This document shows, piece after piece, positions 17,187 to 33,225 of a stretch of 64,000 nt of DNA. This stretch comes from the human T2T-CHM13v2.0 reference genome, Homo sapiens. Every line of letters starts with the position of its first letter. The stretch's first letter is position 1. The position numbers and the translations under genes were made by a program. The stretch lies in assembly GCF_009914755.1 (NCBI RefSeq), contig NC_060926.1; one strand, written 5' to 3'. The notes under the pieces are model-generated. The model saw only the letters and a list, made by a program, of their open reading frames with translations. It did not search any database and was not told the origin of the DNA.

Positions 17187-18004
17187 GACAGTCAACTGAA
17201 CCAATCCATACCCTAAATTTTACTTGCATTATAATTGTCATGGTAATTTCGGAGTTATATTTTAGCTCAGGGTGTATGTGCCTGTGTGTTATCCAGATAA
17301 CATGACTACAATGGCCTAGCTTGAGAATTATACACAGAGTTCAACATCTGACATTTGCTGCAGCTAAACATTCAGGAAGTCCTGAGGGGACAACTTCCAA
17401 AGTAGTCACCTGAAAGTCAAGTCCAACGTGGTTCAGATATGCTGCGGCAATCCAAACTCTAAATCAGAGAGTTTGCCTAAGTAAGAATTTGGGGAGTGAT
17501 ACAAAACTTTGGCAAGAACTGTGGCTTCACTGTGCACCTTGGTCAGACTGCGTTTCCATGTACTTCATATTTGCTGTTCAGATTCTCAAAGGCATGGACA
17601 GGTGCAATAACTACTATATCCTAATTTGTTAGAGTTTAAAAAGCATATCAATCATTCTTTGATCTTCAGAAAGAAACTGTAATAACCAGAACAGAGATTG
17701 CTTTCCTGTTTTTTTAAAAAAATGTGATGGTGGAAACTGTAAGCCTCAGGACCTAAAAGTATGCAGAGACTGGACTTAAACTCAAAATTCAAAGGCCATC
17801 CTCCCCCCATATCAGCACCCCATCAGTGCCCTAGAATGACTGCAATTCCAGTCATCTCCACAACTAAGATGGCTTCTTATTGCCACACAGATCACTTTCA
17901 TCCAATCACTACTAGAGCTTTTATTTAACAAAAGAAAAACCTACCACAGATTGCTCCTTGAGCATGATAGAATCCTGCCAGACAAAACTTTTATAAACCC
18001 AAAG

Positions 18005-18230
18005 ACTTTGCTGCTCAAAGTAGGGTGTGTGGAGGAGTAGCACTGGAAGTTCCTGGGAATTTGTTAGAAATGAAGGCTCTCAACCCCATTCCCTGACCCA
18101 CTGCATCAAATACTCCATCTTAACAAGATCCCAAAGTGATACTAATACAGATACTGATCAGTGCATCAGATACTCCATCTTAACAAGATCCCAGAGTGAT
18201 ACTGGTAAAGTTAGACCGTCACCACTCTAG
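18005..18230. mobile_element. MER5A-like hAT-Charlie DNA transposon with internal duplication
   Basis: ctgctcaaagt...ctgggaatttgttagaaatg...ttaacaagatcccaaagtgat...accactctag. Confidence 0.8.
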
Positions 18231-18284
18231 GGTATCCTATAGCATATTAACTTGGATGCCTACTAGGGTCTAAAAATGACCTAA

Positions 18285-18968
18285 TAAAAAATGAATTATA
18301 AAAATCAATAAGAAAAACAGGTAGAAAATAGTCAAAATGTAAGAACAGGCAATTTACAGAAAAAAATACAAATAAACTTTAATAAACATAAATAAAGCTC
18401 ATCTTCTCTAGTGATTTAGGAAATGCAAATTTAAACAACAGCTCCATATCATTTTTCACCTATCAGAGTGGCAAAACATTAAAGTTTGATAATATGCAAA
18501 ACTACAAAAAATTTTAAGAAAAGAGTGTTCTCTCATACTATAGGAGCTGAAATTGTTATAATCTCTTTGGAAGGCAATTTTTCAGCACCTTTTTTAAAAA
18601 ATTTCAAAGATTTTGATTAAACAATTCAACTTCTAAGAATACAGTCTATACAAATATTTGTTAACATGTCAAAGGTAAGTGTAAAAGCATTTTATTACTC
18701 CATTTGAATTATGAAAACTAAAGGGAATTTAAATATCCGTCTATTAGAAAATGGTTAAGTAAGTTAGTGGGGAATCCATACTAAGGAACTATGCAATAAT
18801 TTTTAAAAAGTCAATGTCACGAAAAAAAGTCCATGACATATTACTGAATGCCTAAGCAAGTTGCAAAATAGTATGTATAGCCTGATCCAATTTTTATATT
18901 TTAAAACTATATAGAAGTATATACATTTGTCAAAATTCATCAAACACTAAATTTAAAATCAGCATTTT
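18285..18968 (+). mobile_element. Old L1ME-type 3' fragment, interrupted by L1MA5 and resuming at about 20526-20580
   Basis: gaacaggcaatttacag...aaatgcaaatttaaacaac...tacatttgtcaaaattcatc; tail aatcagtgcatg...aaattatacctc follows the nested L1. Confidence 0.7.
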
Positions 18969-18971
18969 CAC

Positions 18972-20525
18972 CACAGTACTGGCATAAAAACAGACACATA
19001 GATGACCAATGAACAAAATAGAGAACCCAAATATAAACCCATGTATTTACAGCCAATTCATCTTCAACAAAGGCGTATTAGAACATAGAATGGAAAAAAG
19101 GAAAGTTTTTTTTTAATAAATGCTGCTGGAAAAACTGGATAACTATATGCAGAAGAATGTAACTAGGCCCCTATCTCTCATCATGCACTAAAATCAAATA
19201 AAATGGATTAAAGACTTAAATCTAAGACCTGAAACTATGAATCTGCTAGAAGAAAACATTGTGGAAATGCCCCAGGACATTGGTCTGGGCAAAGATTTTA
19301 TTTTGTGTAAAATTTCAAAAGCATAGGCAACAGAAGCAAAAATAGGCAAATGGGATTACATCAAGCTAAATAGCTTCTGCATGGCAAAGAAAACAATCAA
19401 CAATGTGAAAAGACAACCCATAGAAAGGGAGAAAATATTTGCAAACTATGCATCTGATAAGGGATTGATAACCAGAATATATAAGGAGTTCAAACAATTC
19501 AATAGCAAAAAGACAAATAATCTGATTTTTTAAATGGGCAAAAGATCCGAATAGATGTTTCTCAAAAGAAATACAAATAGCCAACAGATATATCAAAAAA
19601 ATGCTCAACATTAGTAATCACCAGAGAAATGTGAATCAAAACTACAACAAGATATCATCTCATCCTAGTTACAGTGGCTTGTATCAAAAAGAAAGGCAAT
19701 AATGGCCACTGGTGAGGATACAGAGAAAGGGGAAACCTCATACACTGCTGAAAAGAATATAAATTAGTACAGCCAAAATGGAAAACAGTATGGAGATTTC
19801 TCAAAAATCTAAAAATAGAACTGTATGACCCAGCAATTCCACTACTGAGTATGTATACAAAAGAAAGGAAATCAATATATCAAAAAGACATCTGCACTCC
19901 CATGTTTATTTCAGCACTATGCTGAACAGCCAAAATATGGAATCAACCTAAGTGCTCATCAACAGATTAATGGATAAAGAAAATGTGGTATATATACACA
20001 ATGGAATATCATTCAGCCATGAAAAAAGAATAAAATCCTGTCATATGCAGCAACATGGGTGAAACTGGAAGTCATTATGTTACACAAAATAAACTAAGCA
20101 CAGAAAGACAAATATCACATGTTTTACTTATATGTGGGATCTAAAAAAGTGGACCTCATGAAGACAGGGAATATACTGGTGGTTATCAGAGGCCAGGAAG
20201 GGTTGGATTGTAGGGAAGATGAAGAGAAGTTGCTGAATGGGTATAAATATGTGGTTTGATAGAAGAAAACCTAACACTTATCTAACAGTAAGACCTGGTG
20301 TTAGATAGATCCGTAGGTTGATTATCATTTAGAATAATCTATTATATATTTCAAAATAGCTAGAAGAGAATAATCAGAATAGTTCTAGCATTAAAAAAAG
20401 GTAAATATTAGGGTGATGGATAGTCCAAGTATGCTAACTTGATCTTTACAAATTATATTAAATTATTGTATGTACCCCAAAACTGTATACATCTATTATG
20501 TATCAATAGAAAAAGAAATATAAAA
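18972..20525 (+). mobile_element. 5'-truncated L1MA5-like element
   Basis: ORF2 C-terminal region plus L1MA-type 3'UTR (taagacctggtgttagatag...tttcaaaatagctagaagag...tattatgtatcaata); degenerate TSD aaaatcagcat / aatcagtgcat. Confidence 0.85.
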
Positions 20526-20593
20526 TATAATCAGTGCATGTTGTTTTATGGAAATTATACCTCAGTACAACTGATTTAAAGGATTATATGTAA

Positions 20594-20990
<397 letters not shown>

Positions 20991-21879
20991 TGTATATATT
21001 TTCATTAGTGTATGCTATGTATGGATTTTCAGGTCTACAAAATAATCTGAAAGGGAACACAACAAACCTTTTAAAGTGGCAGAGGCTGGAAGAGAATAAA
21101 ATGAGTGGGAACCTTCTGTATTGTTGTTTTTTCAACAAACATACACTTTTTGTATTTTCAAAAAAGCATAACTTAAAACTTTCAATGAAATCATTTCCAG
21201 TGAGCCTGAATCAATGTGGAAACACAAACTTCATTTGGCCTCATTAATTGCTTCCCTTGGCCCAGGTTAGTCATGTGGTGTCTAGTATGACGGTCTACAT
21301 TGCATACACGATTACCAGGCTGGCCCTCCAAAAACACCTGTTTCTTATCTCATACAGGACGACTGAGCACCCTTAAAAATTAGCTCTATGCTAACAACTT
21401 TATGAAAATTCAGTACAGGAGATAAGACATTGTTCCAGCCCCCAGGCTTAATACTCAACCTGAAAGCTAAAAACATTCTGTACCGGGTAGTGTAGTAAGT
21501 CTAAATTTGTGGACCAACTTTAAATACTCTTCTTCCTGTCTCATTCATTGAGCAATATTTATCATTATTTTCCTTCATTTCCTGTCCCTTCTGGTTATAC
21601 TAGCCTTCATGCTATTCTACAAATACCTCAGCTTTTGCTTCTACTATCTCGCTCACCTGGAGTTTCTATCTCCCTCATCATGGCATGTTCTCATCCATCC
21701 AACAAGTTTCATCCTCATCTTTTCCATGAATTTGTTGCTAACCCTCAATCACTTCTCTCCCTGTATCTTTCCTTATTTGTTGGATTATCTTTTCTCTATA
21801 AGAAGAAAGGAAGTCATGTTTCCCTCTTCCCTATGTCTCTCATCACCTTGCACAATGCCAAGTACATAGAAATGATTAA

Positions 21880-22335
<456 letters not shown>

Positions 22336-22394
22336 AATTTTTTAAATGTTGGACAAGGAATAGAAAATTAATGGGAAAGAAGTGCTTTCCAAAA

Positions 22395-22560
22395 GCCTGA
22401 TGAAGTAGCTATTTTGCCCATTTTACAGATGAATAAACTGAGGCTTAGTGAGGTTAGGTGATTTGGCCAAGCTTACATAGCTCATAAGTTATGGTGCCAG
22501 TCTTCAAACTTGCTTCTGAATGTCTCTAAAGTCCCTGTCTTTTCTTTGTACTATGCTGCC
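22395..22560 (-). mobile_element. MIR SINE
   Basis: cccattttacagatgaataaactgaggcttagtgaggttaggtgatttggccaag core. Confidence 0.85.
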
Positions 22561-23008
22561 TTCCCATACCTGTCACTTAGATGATCTCATTGAATTCTCA
22601 CATTGCTGTCTCAAGAAATACTTGTTGATTGATTGATGACATTTTCAGTAGCAATATGGTCCAGTTAAATGGTTTCCTGCAGCTCAATTTGATGAAAAGC
22701 CCCTGCTGTGCTCAGAAAGGTTTAACCTGCTTCAAACTCTGGCTTTCTCACAATACCATCAGTCTCAATTCCAAGACCTGTGCAGCACATAACAAAGCTT
22801 TACATACTTGCGGAGCTTAAAATAAAATCTGAGAAGATACCATTCAAACTCAAGCCCTTGCATTGCAGCAGGGAGACATTCTGGGGAGTCCACCAGCACT
22901 CTGTTTCCAGAGGTGCGCTCTGGTAGTCACTGAGCCATATAAGGGTCAGACTACCTTAAACAAGCTGCTTTATTTCTCAATAAGTGGACCATTGACACAT
23001 CAACATAG

Positions 23009-23362
23009 TGAGACAGCCAAGTGCAAAGGGGTTCCCAGAAAAACTCAAACCAGCCTTTGCACTGGGAGGAGTGAGCACTGGAGTGGTGCCACAGAAGTCT
23101 GCACCATTTGCAGTGAGGAGGAGCCTGGCTCCTCTTCTTCCTGGGCGGAATCTGGGATGCAATCTGCGAGGTGGGAAGCATATACTGGCAGGAGTCTTAC
23201 CCTGCTGAAGGTCCCTGTTTCTCCCTCCCCCCACCCCCGCTTTTCTTTGCCCAATAAATTCCATGTTTTTCTCATTCTTCAAAGTGTCTGTAAGCCTAAT
23301 ATTTCATGGCTGTGTGACAAGGACCCCATCTTTAGCTGAAGTAAGGAGAAAGTCCTACAACA
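23009..23362 (+). mobile_element. Solo ERV1 LTR, MER61-like
   Basis: TG...CA termini (tgagacagcc...tcctacaaca), AATAAA at about 23253, 4-bp flanks atag/ttag. Confidence 0.8.
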
Positions 23363-23409
23363 TTAGAACTCTGGAGTCACCAGGGGCCCGGGCCATAGTG
23401 ATGGCCCCA

Positions 23410-23620
23410 AGGCAAGCACTGGACACTCCAGGGTCAACAAACTGGGTCCCAGATGCAATTCTCCACTAATTAGCTAGTGCACTCTTTTGGGCAAAATACT
23501 CAACGTTTCTGGGCCTGTTCACTCAGATATACTATGAAAATAACACCGCCTTTGCCAATTTTTCACCAGGAAATTAAGAGAACAAAGAAAGATTATATTT
23601 ATAGAAAATTATCTATAACA
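23410..23620 (+). mobile_element. Diverged MIR relic (donor of the Alu insert)
   Basis: actgggtccc...ccactaattagct...tgggcaaaatactcaacgtttctgggcctg. Confidence 0.55.
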
Positions 23621-24159
23621 CAAACTCCTGTCTGTATACCACATGGAGAAGAATCATTGTCACTGGAGAAAGTGGAATGCTGCTATGGATACAGCAGCAG
23701 GTAGAAAATCAGACACAAAGTCCACTCCTGGTGGAGCTAACAAATCTTTTCATGTTATAACAGCCAGGATGCTCTGAACTCACCAATCCTGTGAGTCAGA
23801 AAGATATACCCAAGTCTGTTCATTTGGAAGTAGCATATTCTAACTAGCAGAATGCTCCAGAGCAGAAACTTAAGAAGCTGGGATGCATGTGGATAGCCCA
23901 TGTTCTCTTGGGTTGATTTCTGCTGCAACATCCTAGGATTCTAGGATTCCAAACATAGCACAGACCATCAGTGACTAACTCAGTCTTGGTGTCTGAAGCA
24001 TCTCTTTTCCATCACTTTTTATTATTTTTAATTATGTTGTTATTTTTAACCATCCTGATTTAAGTGTATTTTAATTCTATAAGCCAACCTAAGTCCTTCT
24101 TGAGCCCTCCATCTACAAAACACGTCAATTAATAATCAACTTGCTTTGATCTTAGTAAG

Positions 24160-24345
24160 CCATGGGATTTCAGAACTGGAACAGAACTCAGGGATCAAAG
24201 TCAGCCTCATATGTTACAAATGGTAAGATAGAAACCCAGAGAGAAAAGGGCATGCCCATGGTCACCCAGCTAGTTGGAGCAGAGGCAGATCCAGGATGGG
24301 ACCTGCAGGTTGCTGACTCACAATCCTTTGATCTCCATTGCTGGG
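24160..24345 (-). mobile_element. MIR/MIR3 relic
   Basis: gaaacccagagagaaaagggcatgcccatggtcacccagctagtt. Confidence 0.7.
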
Positions 24346-24729
24346 TCTTTGTTTCTCCAGCTATAACACAGAAACAATAATACCGTGGTATTATTGATAC
24401 ACTGGATATCAATGCTGTATAAGAAGAAACTTCACTATAATTATCTTTTCCAAAACTTTAATAATCACTAAATAATGTTCTTACTGAAAAGTCCTGGAAA
24501 GATTCTTGGGAGCCTAAGAACACTGAGTAACTTTTACTTGTGCCATCGAACCAGTACACTTTGAACTGGGCTGTTCAGACATGAAATTTGTACACTGCAT
24601 AAAGCTGTCCAGTTAAGGGGCTGGTGAAAGCCTGTTTAGACTAACTGCATACTGGCTTTGAAGCCATACATTTATAGGTGGAGACTGGTGTGGCATAGAG
24701 AATACTCAGTGATGATAACTCAGAAACTT

Positions 24730-24994
24730 TTGTTTTTTCTTGTTTTATTCTTTTTCAGCTTTTACTTCAGGGGGTACATGTGCTGTTTGTTGCATGGGTA
24801 AATTGCATGTCACTGGGTCTGATATACAAAAGATTTCATTACCTAGGTAGAGAGTATAGTCACCGATAGGTAGTTTTCTATCTTCACCCTCCCCCTACAG
24901 GTAGTTTTTCTATCCTCACCCTCCTCCTACCTTCCCACCTCAAGTGAACCCCAGTAACTATTGTTCTCTTATTTGTTTCCATATGTACTCAATG
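24730..24994 (-). mobile_element. Short L1PA15/16-like 3'UTR insertion
   Basis: gggggtacatgtgc...catgggtaaattgcatgtcactg...gataggtagtttt; flanked by a long direct repeat ending ctcagaaactt. Confidence 0.85.
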
Positions 24995-25139
24995 ATAATA
25001 GCTCAGAAACTTATTCCTCTTGATTTTTTTTAAATAGACAGAAGTACTTGGACCTATGCACTGGAGGGTCCTCAGAAAACAAAATACACCTTATGGATAT
25101 AGTAGTGGTAAGACAACAAAAAGAAAGCACTAGAGCTCC

Positions 25140-25385
25140 ATGATCAAGTACATGGGCCGAGCAGTTAAATACTGAGATTTGAATTCCAGTGGGGTTACTT
25201 ACTAACTCTGTGATTGTGAACATGTCACCTGACCTCTGAGCTCAGGTTCTTCATCTATACAACAGGAATAATACTAGTATCTACCTCATAGGGTATTCAT
25301 GAGAACTAAATTAGTTAACAATGGAAATTGCCTAAAATAATGACCAGTGCATGGTGAATACCCACTAAATGTTAGCTCTTATTCC
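25140..25385 (+). mobile_element. MIR SINE, near full length
   Basis: tttgaattcc...ctctgagctcaggttcttcatct...tacctcatagggt...taaatgttagct. Confidence 0.85.
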
Positions 25386-26729
25386 ACTATTGCAAGCACA
25401 GACTGCTGGTTTGGTGGTGGAGTTTGTAAATCTTGGAGCAGCCTGAGTCACTAGGCATGAATCTCAGGATCTTTCTCTCCTGCAAGCTTCACACAGTTGA
25501 TAATGTAGGGGTTTAAACAATGTTCCATTTTTTCAAGTTCAGTTTCTAAACTATATCATGGGAACTTTCTTCTCATCTCTGAGTATTCATGGAGAGTGGT
25601 CCAGGTAAGGGGAGTCTCAAGAACCTGTAAGGACAGCACACACACCTGTTTGGTTGTTTGCACTCTGGGAATCCTCACCTTCCAGTGAACACACCCCATG
25701 AGGAGCAGTGTGGATTCCACGGCAGCACTGCTGAGTCTCTTGGCAATAGCCAGCCTGCTTCTCAGCCATTTCTATCCCACTTTGTGTCCCTGCCTGGCCT
25801 CATCCTTACCATGTGACTCTGTACAAATTTCCAGCCCTCTGGGACCCTCAATTTATCCATCCATAAAAAAACACGCTGGTCTAAATATTTCCTACATCTC
25901 TTCAAGCTTAACTTTTTTTTCAATTATTGTACCTACTACTCTTCCCCCACTGTGAAAAACAATCCTCACCAATTCCTAGAGAAACTTATACAAACCCACT
26001 GAGAAATGTCGAGCAGTTGGTGCAAAATACCCAGGAATTACATGAACATCATTTAACATAAAAGAGACCCAAAACATACTCTCTTAGTATGGGAGATGGA
26101 ATCTTTCAAATTCTCAGTAGGTTCCTTGTGGCCGGTCAAACAGTTCCACCCAGGCAAAGGATGAGCTTAGAAATATCTGAGCCAGACCTTTCCCCAGCTC
26201 TGCTCTCTCCTCACTGGTATCACTGGAGTTGCTCACAAGTTCTCAGACAGAGAGTTGAGGTTCTTTTTCTTCAAGTCTCTGCAGAGTACCAAAGACTGGG
26301 CCCAATAAATGCAAACATAGCCTATACTCGAGACCCCTGGAATGTGGCAAGACTTCAGTCACTTACCAAAACAATGCCTAGACCTGGCCAGATGTGAGGA
26401 ATACCAACAGAAATGAAGGTCATCCTCAAAGCTGGGGCCAGATTTTTTTAAAGCAATCCCGGAAGATTCCCTGTTATTTTTGTAAATTATCCAGGTTAGC
26501 TTAGCTCTGCAGAGAAGTCACTGAACGAAAACCCAAAGTAAAATCTACAAGCATCAAATAGAGATCTTAGCAAGAGAAGGCACTTGATGCATGTTTCTTG
26601 AAGGAATAAATTTATTTATTTAGATATTTGGAGCTTTTCATTTTACAAAGGAACTCACTGCCAGGTTCTATTGTAGGACCTTCTGGGTATATTAATGCAT
26701 GCTTATGCTCATAGCTGGTTATCCTCTGT

Positions 26730-27100
26730 TTGCCACAGTCCCCAGTCATCCTCTGACCTTCTTTCTGCTCTCTGCCCTGGAGCTTCCATTCCATTTTGGT
26801 CATTGAGAGGCACTAGCAGGAAAGCAAAGGACAGGAAGAGACAGAGGCTGGGGTATAGACTTTTACCCTCGCATTGCATTCCCCTCTTGGTTCTGGCTTT
26901 GGCTGCTTTCTATGTCAGCCCTAGCTCCTCTGCTGCAGCTCCAGCTCTCACCAAGGTCCAGTAACACTACTGCTCTTCTCCTCCTGCTCTTCAAGGTTTA
27001 ATGGTTTCCCATGGTTACAAACCCCTGGGTGCAGAGCCTCTGTTGGATTCCCTAACCCCATGCCTTCTCTGAATGTAATCTCATCATTAAATTCTCTGCT
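26730..27100 (+). mobile_element. LTR33-like ERVL LTR relic
   Basis: gcagctccagctctcaccaaggtccagtaacac...ccctgggtgc...gttggattccctaacccc...tcattaaattctct. Confidence 0.65.
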
Positions 27101-27238
27101 AGAATAGATCACAAGCCATTAGCTATTTGGCCAGGGGAAAGGCTGAGGAAGAGTCAGCATTAAGCATCACTAGCTGCCTTTAAGAGTTACTAGAGATACA
27201 GAAAACGAGTCTCTAGTATTTGAATAAAAGTCAGTGGA

Positions 27239-27537
27239 GGTCAGGCACTGTGGCTCATCATGCCTGTAGTCCCAGCACTTTGGGAGGCTGAGGAAAGAGG
27301 ATCACTTGAGGCCAGGAATTCAAGACCAGTTTGGTCAACATGGTCGGACCTCATCTCTACAAAAAAAAAATATTAAAAATTAACCAGGGGTGGTGGTGTG
27401 TGTCTGTAGTCCCAGCTACTCAGGAGGTTGAGGTGGAGGATTGCTTGAGCCCAGGTGTTTGAGGCTGCAGTGAGCTATGATTCCGCCATTGAACTCCAGC
27501 CTGGATGACAGAGCAAGACACTGTCACACACACAGAA
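27239..27537 (+). mobile_element. AluJ (Jo/Jr-like)
   Basis: ggaggattgcttgagcccagg...gaggctgcagtgagctatgat; TSD aaaagtcagtgga / aaaagtcaatgga. Confidence 0.92.
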
Positions 27538-28370
27538 AAAAGTCAATGGAAAAACTAAGACTCAATTAACATGTTTTCTAGGATTGCAATTATTACAGAA
27601 GGCAGGTGTAATTGAAATTCGATAAAGTTCTCATTGAAAGTATGTGCCACCAACTTTCTTGGAGTAGTAAAGATGCCAAATGTTTCCTCTCTTATTCCAT
27701 TATAAATTGGCAATTTCAGAGGGGTCAGAAAATTCAAGGACTCAGCCACTTGAGTCCTTCAGTATATTCCTTCCCAAAGGAAGCATAAAATATGACAGTA
27801 GCAGCTACTACAAATGAAAGTGGAAATGAACTTAATTGGGATACATCTGGTGAAGCCACTTTAACCCAACACATTGTGGCATTTTACGATGTGGCAGAGT
27901 AAAGGAGGCATGTCAAACCTTAGGACATACCAGGTGCTCAAAGCAGACATCTATTCCACTGCTAAAATCATAAAGGACTCTGTGACAAAAATAGAGAGGC
28001 TATATATTCCTTTTATCTACTCTTTAGGTCCTATGAGTTGACCACTTCCCCCTCTGCCTTTCTTCGTTGCAGAAGCCAAAAGAGGAATAGACATTTATTC
28101 TATCATTCCCTAAAACACATTCAGTTTCTAACCTCAAAGGGCTTTGCAGCAAAGGACAAGGTGAATGCTTCCTGTCCTGTCTACAATAGACCCAGGGACA
28201 CTGACTATGTGTCTTAGAGCATCTCTTAAAATCTAGGATGTAGGCACCCAATAATACTGTCTTCATAGGAGAATAATTGTGTCTCCTGTATGCCAAACTA
28301 CATGTACAGACACTGAGGGACATTAGTAAAGAAGACAATTAATTTTTGTTTTCAGTTATGAATAAGAATT

Positions 28371-31914
<3,544 letters not shown>

Positions 31915-32215
31915 GAATAAGACATTTAAATTAAAAGTTAAATTTAATTTCCAATGGTGAGAGCTTCTCTGAAGAAAAGAGGACAGAGAAGGTGGCTAGA
32001 GAGTGTGGGCGAATGGTGAGATTTCAGAAAAGCTGGGCAGGAGAGATGTGACTGAGAAGAAGCTTGATGTCTTCAGAGTCTGACGCCCTGCTCCACGAGG
32101 CAAGCCACCAACACACCTTCCCACCCCGCCCACCCACCTATACCCTCATGGTATGCTTCAGCCATGCCCAGCTGCCTCCACATTTCTATACTTTTATTCA
32201 GACAGAACCTTCTCT

Positions 32216-32735
32216 TTATTTTTTCCAGAGTTATTAAGATATAATTGACAAATAAAAATTGTATATGTTCAAAGTGTACAACACGATTTGGTATATGTAT
32301 ATGTTATGTAATGACCACCACAAGCAAACTATTAGCAATTAACACATCCTTCCCCACACATAATTATAACATGTGTGTGCATATGTGTGGGTGAGGGCAC
32401 TTAAGATCTACTCTCAGCAAATTTCAAGTAAACAATGCAGTATTATTAATTATAATCATCATGTTGTACATTTGATCCCCAGAACTTATTCATTTTATAA
32501 CTAAAACTTTGTACCCTTTGACCAATATGCCCCTTTTTTTTCCAGCCCCGAGACCTGGAAAACCACCATTCTACTCTCTGCTTCTATGAGTCTATTAACA
32601 GATGAATGGATATAGAAAATACGGTGTACATATGCAATGGAATATTATTCAGGCATAAAAAAAGAAGGAAACCCTGCCATTTGCAGCAAGATGGATGAAC
32701 CTGCAGGACATTGTGCTAAGTGAAATAAGCCAAAC
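32216..32735 (-). mobile_element. L1MA9-like 3' end with 5' inversion
   Basis: 32216-32591 antisense 3'UTR (tataattgacaaataaaaattg, cttaagatctactctcagcaaatttcaagt); 32590-32735 sense L1 (acagatgaatggata...ctaagtgaaataagcca); degenerate TSD acagaaccttctct / actgaagcttctct. Confidence 0.85.
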
Positions 32736-33049
32736 ACTGAAGCTTCTCTAGATTGATGTTCCTCCCACTGTGTTTCCCTGACCTGACTCCTCACCTTCCA
32801 TCCTCAGATGAAGCACCACTTCACATAAGCTTTGCCTGATTCGTCGTTTCTGCCTACACCACATATTTCCCTCAGGCTTTATTGAACACTATGCACATAT
32901 GCATTTATTAAATCACTTTTAACACTTTTCTCACATTCCTCATGTTGCATTAAAATTATTGCTTTGATTGTTTTTTAATTCGACTGCAAGCTCCACTCCT
33001 TGTACCTGGCTTCTCTCACTGAACTTGACCCACAATAGAGCAAAACAAA

Positions 33050-33225
33050 ACAAACAACCTCATGAAACCTATGAGAGTTTAGATAGTGCTCAGGCTGGTT
33101 GTACAAATGAGGAAACAAATACTCAGAGAGGTGGACTCACTTCCATAAGGTTACACAGCAAGTAAGATGGTCGAAGCTTGCATTAAAAACTGGGTTTTCT
33201 GGAGCCAAATCCTATACGTCCAGCT
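33050..33225 (-). mobile_element. MIR SINE
   Basis: tacaaatgaggaaacaaatactcagagagg...aaggttacacagcaagtaag. Confidence 0.75.

Noticed and set aside
17811-17830. REST/RE1-like tcagcacc...cagtgcc
   Set aside because: Wrong spacing and no GGACAG right half
22863-23339. 158-aa ORF and overlapping ORFs
   Set aside because: Mostly within a GC-rich solo LTR, where stop codons are naturally sparse
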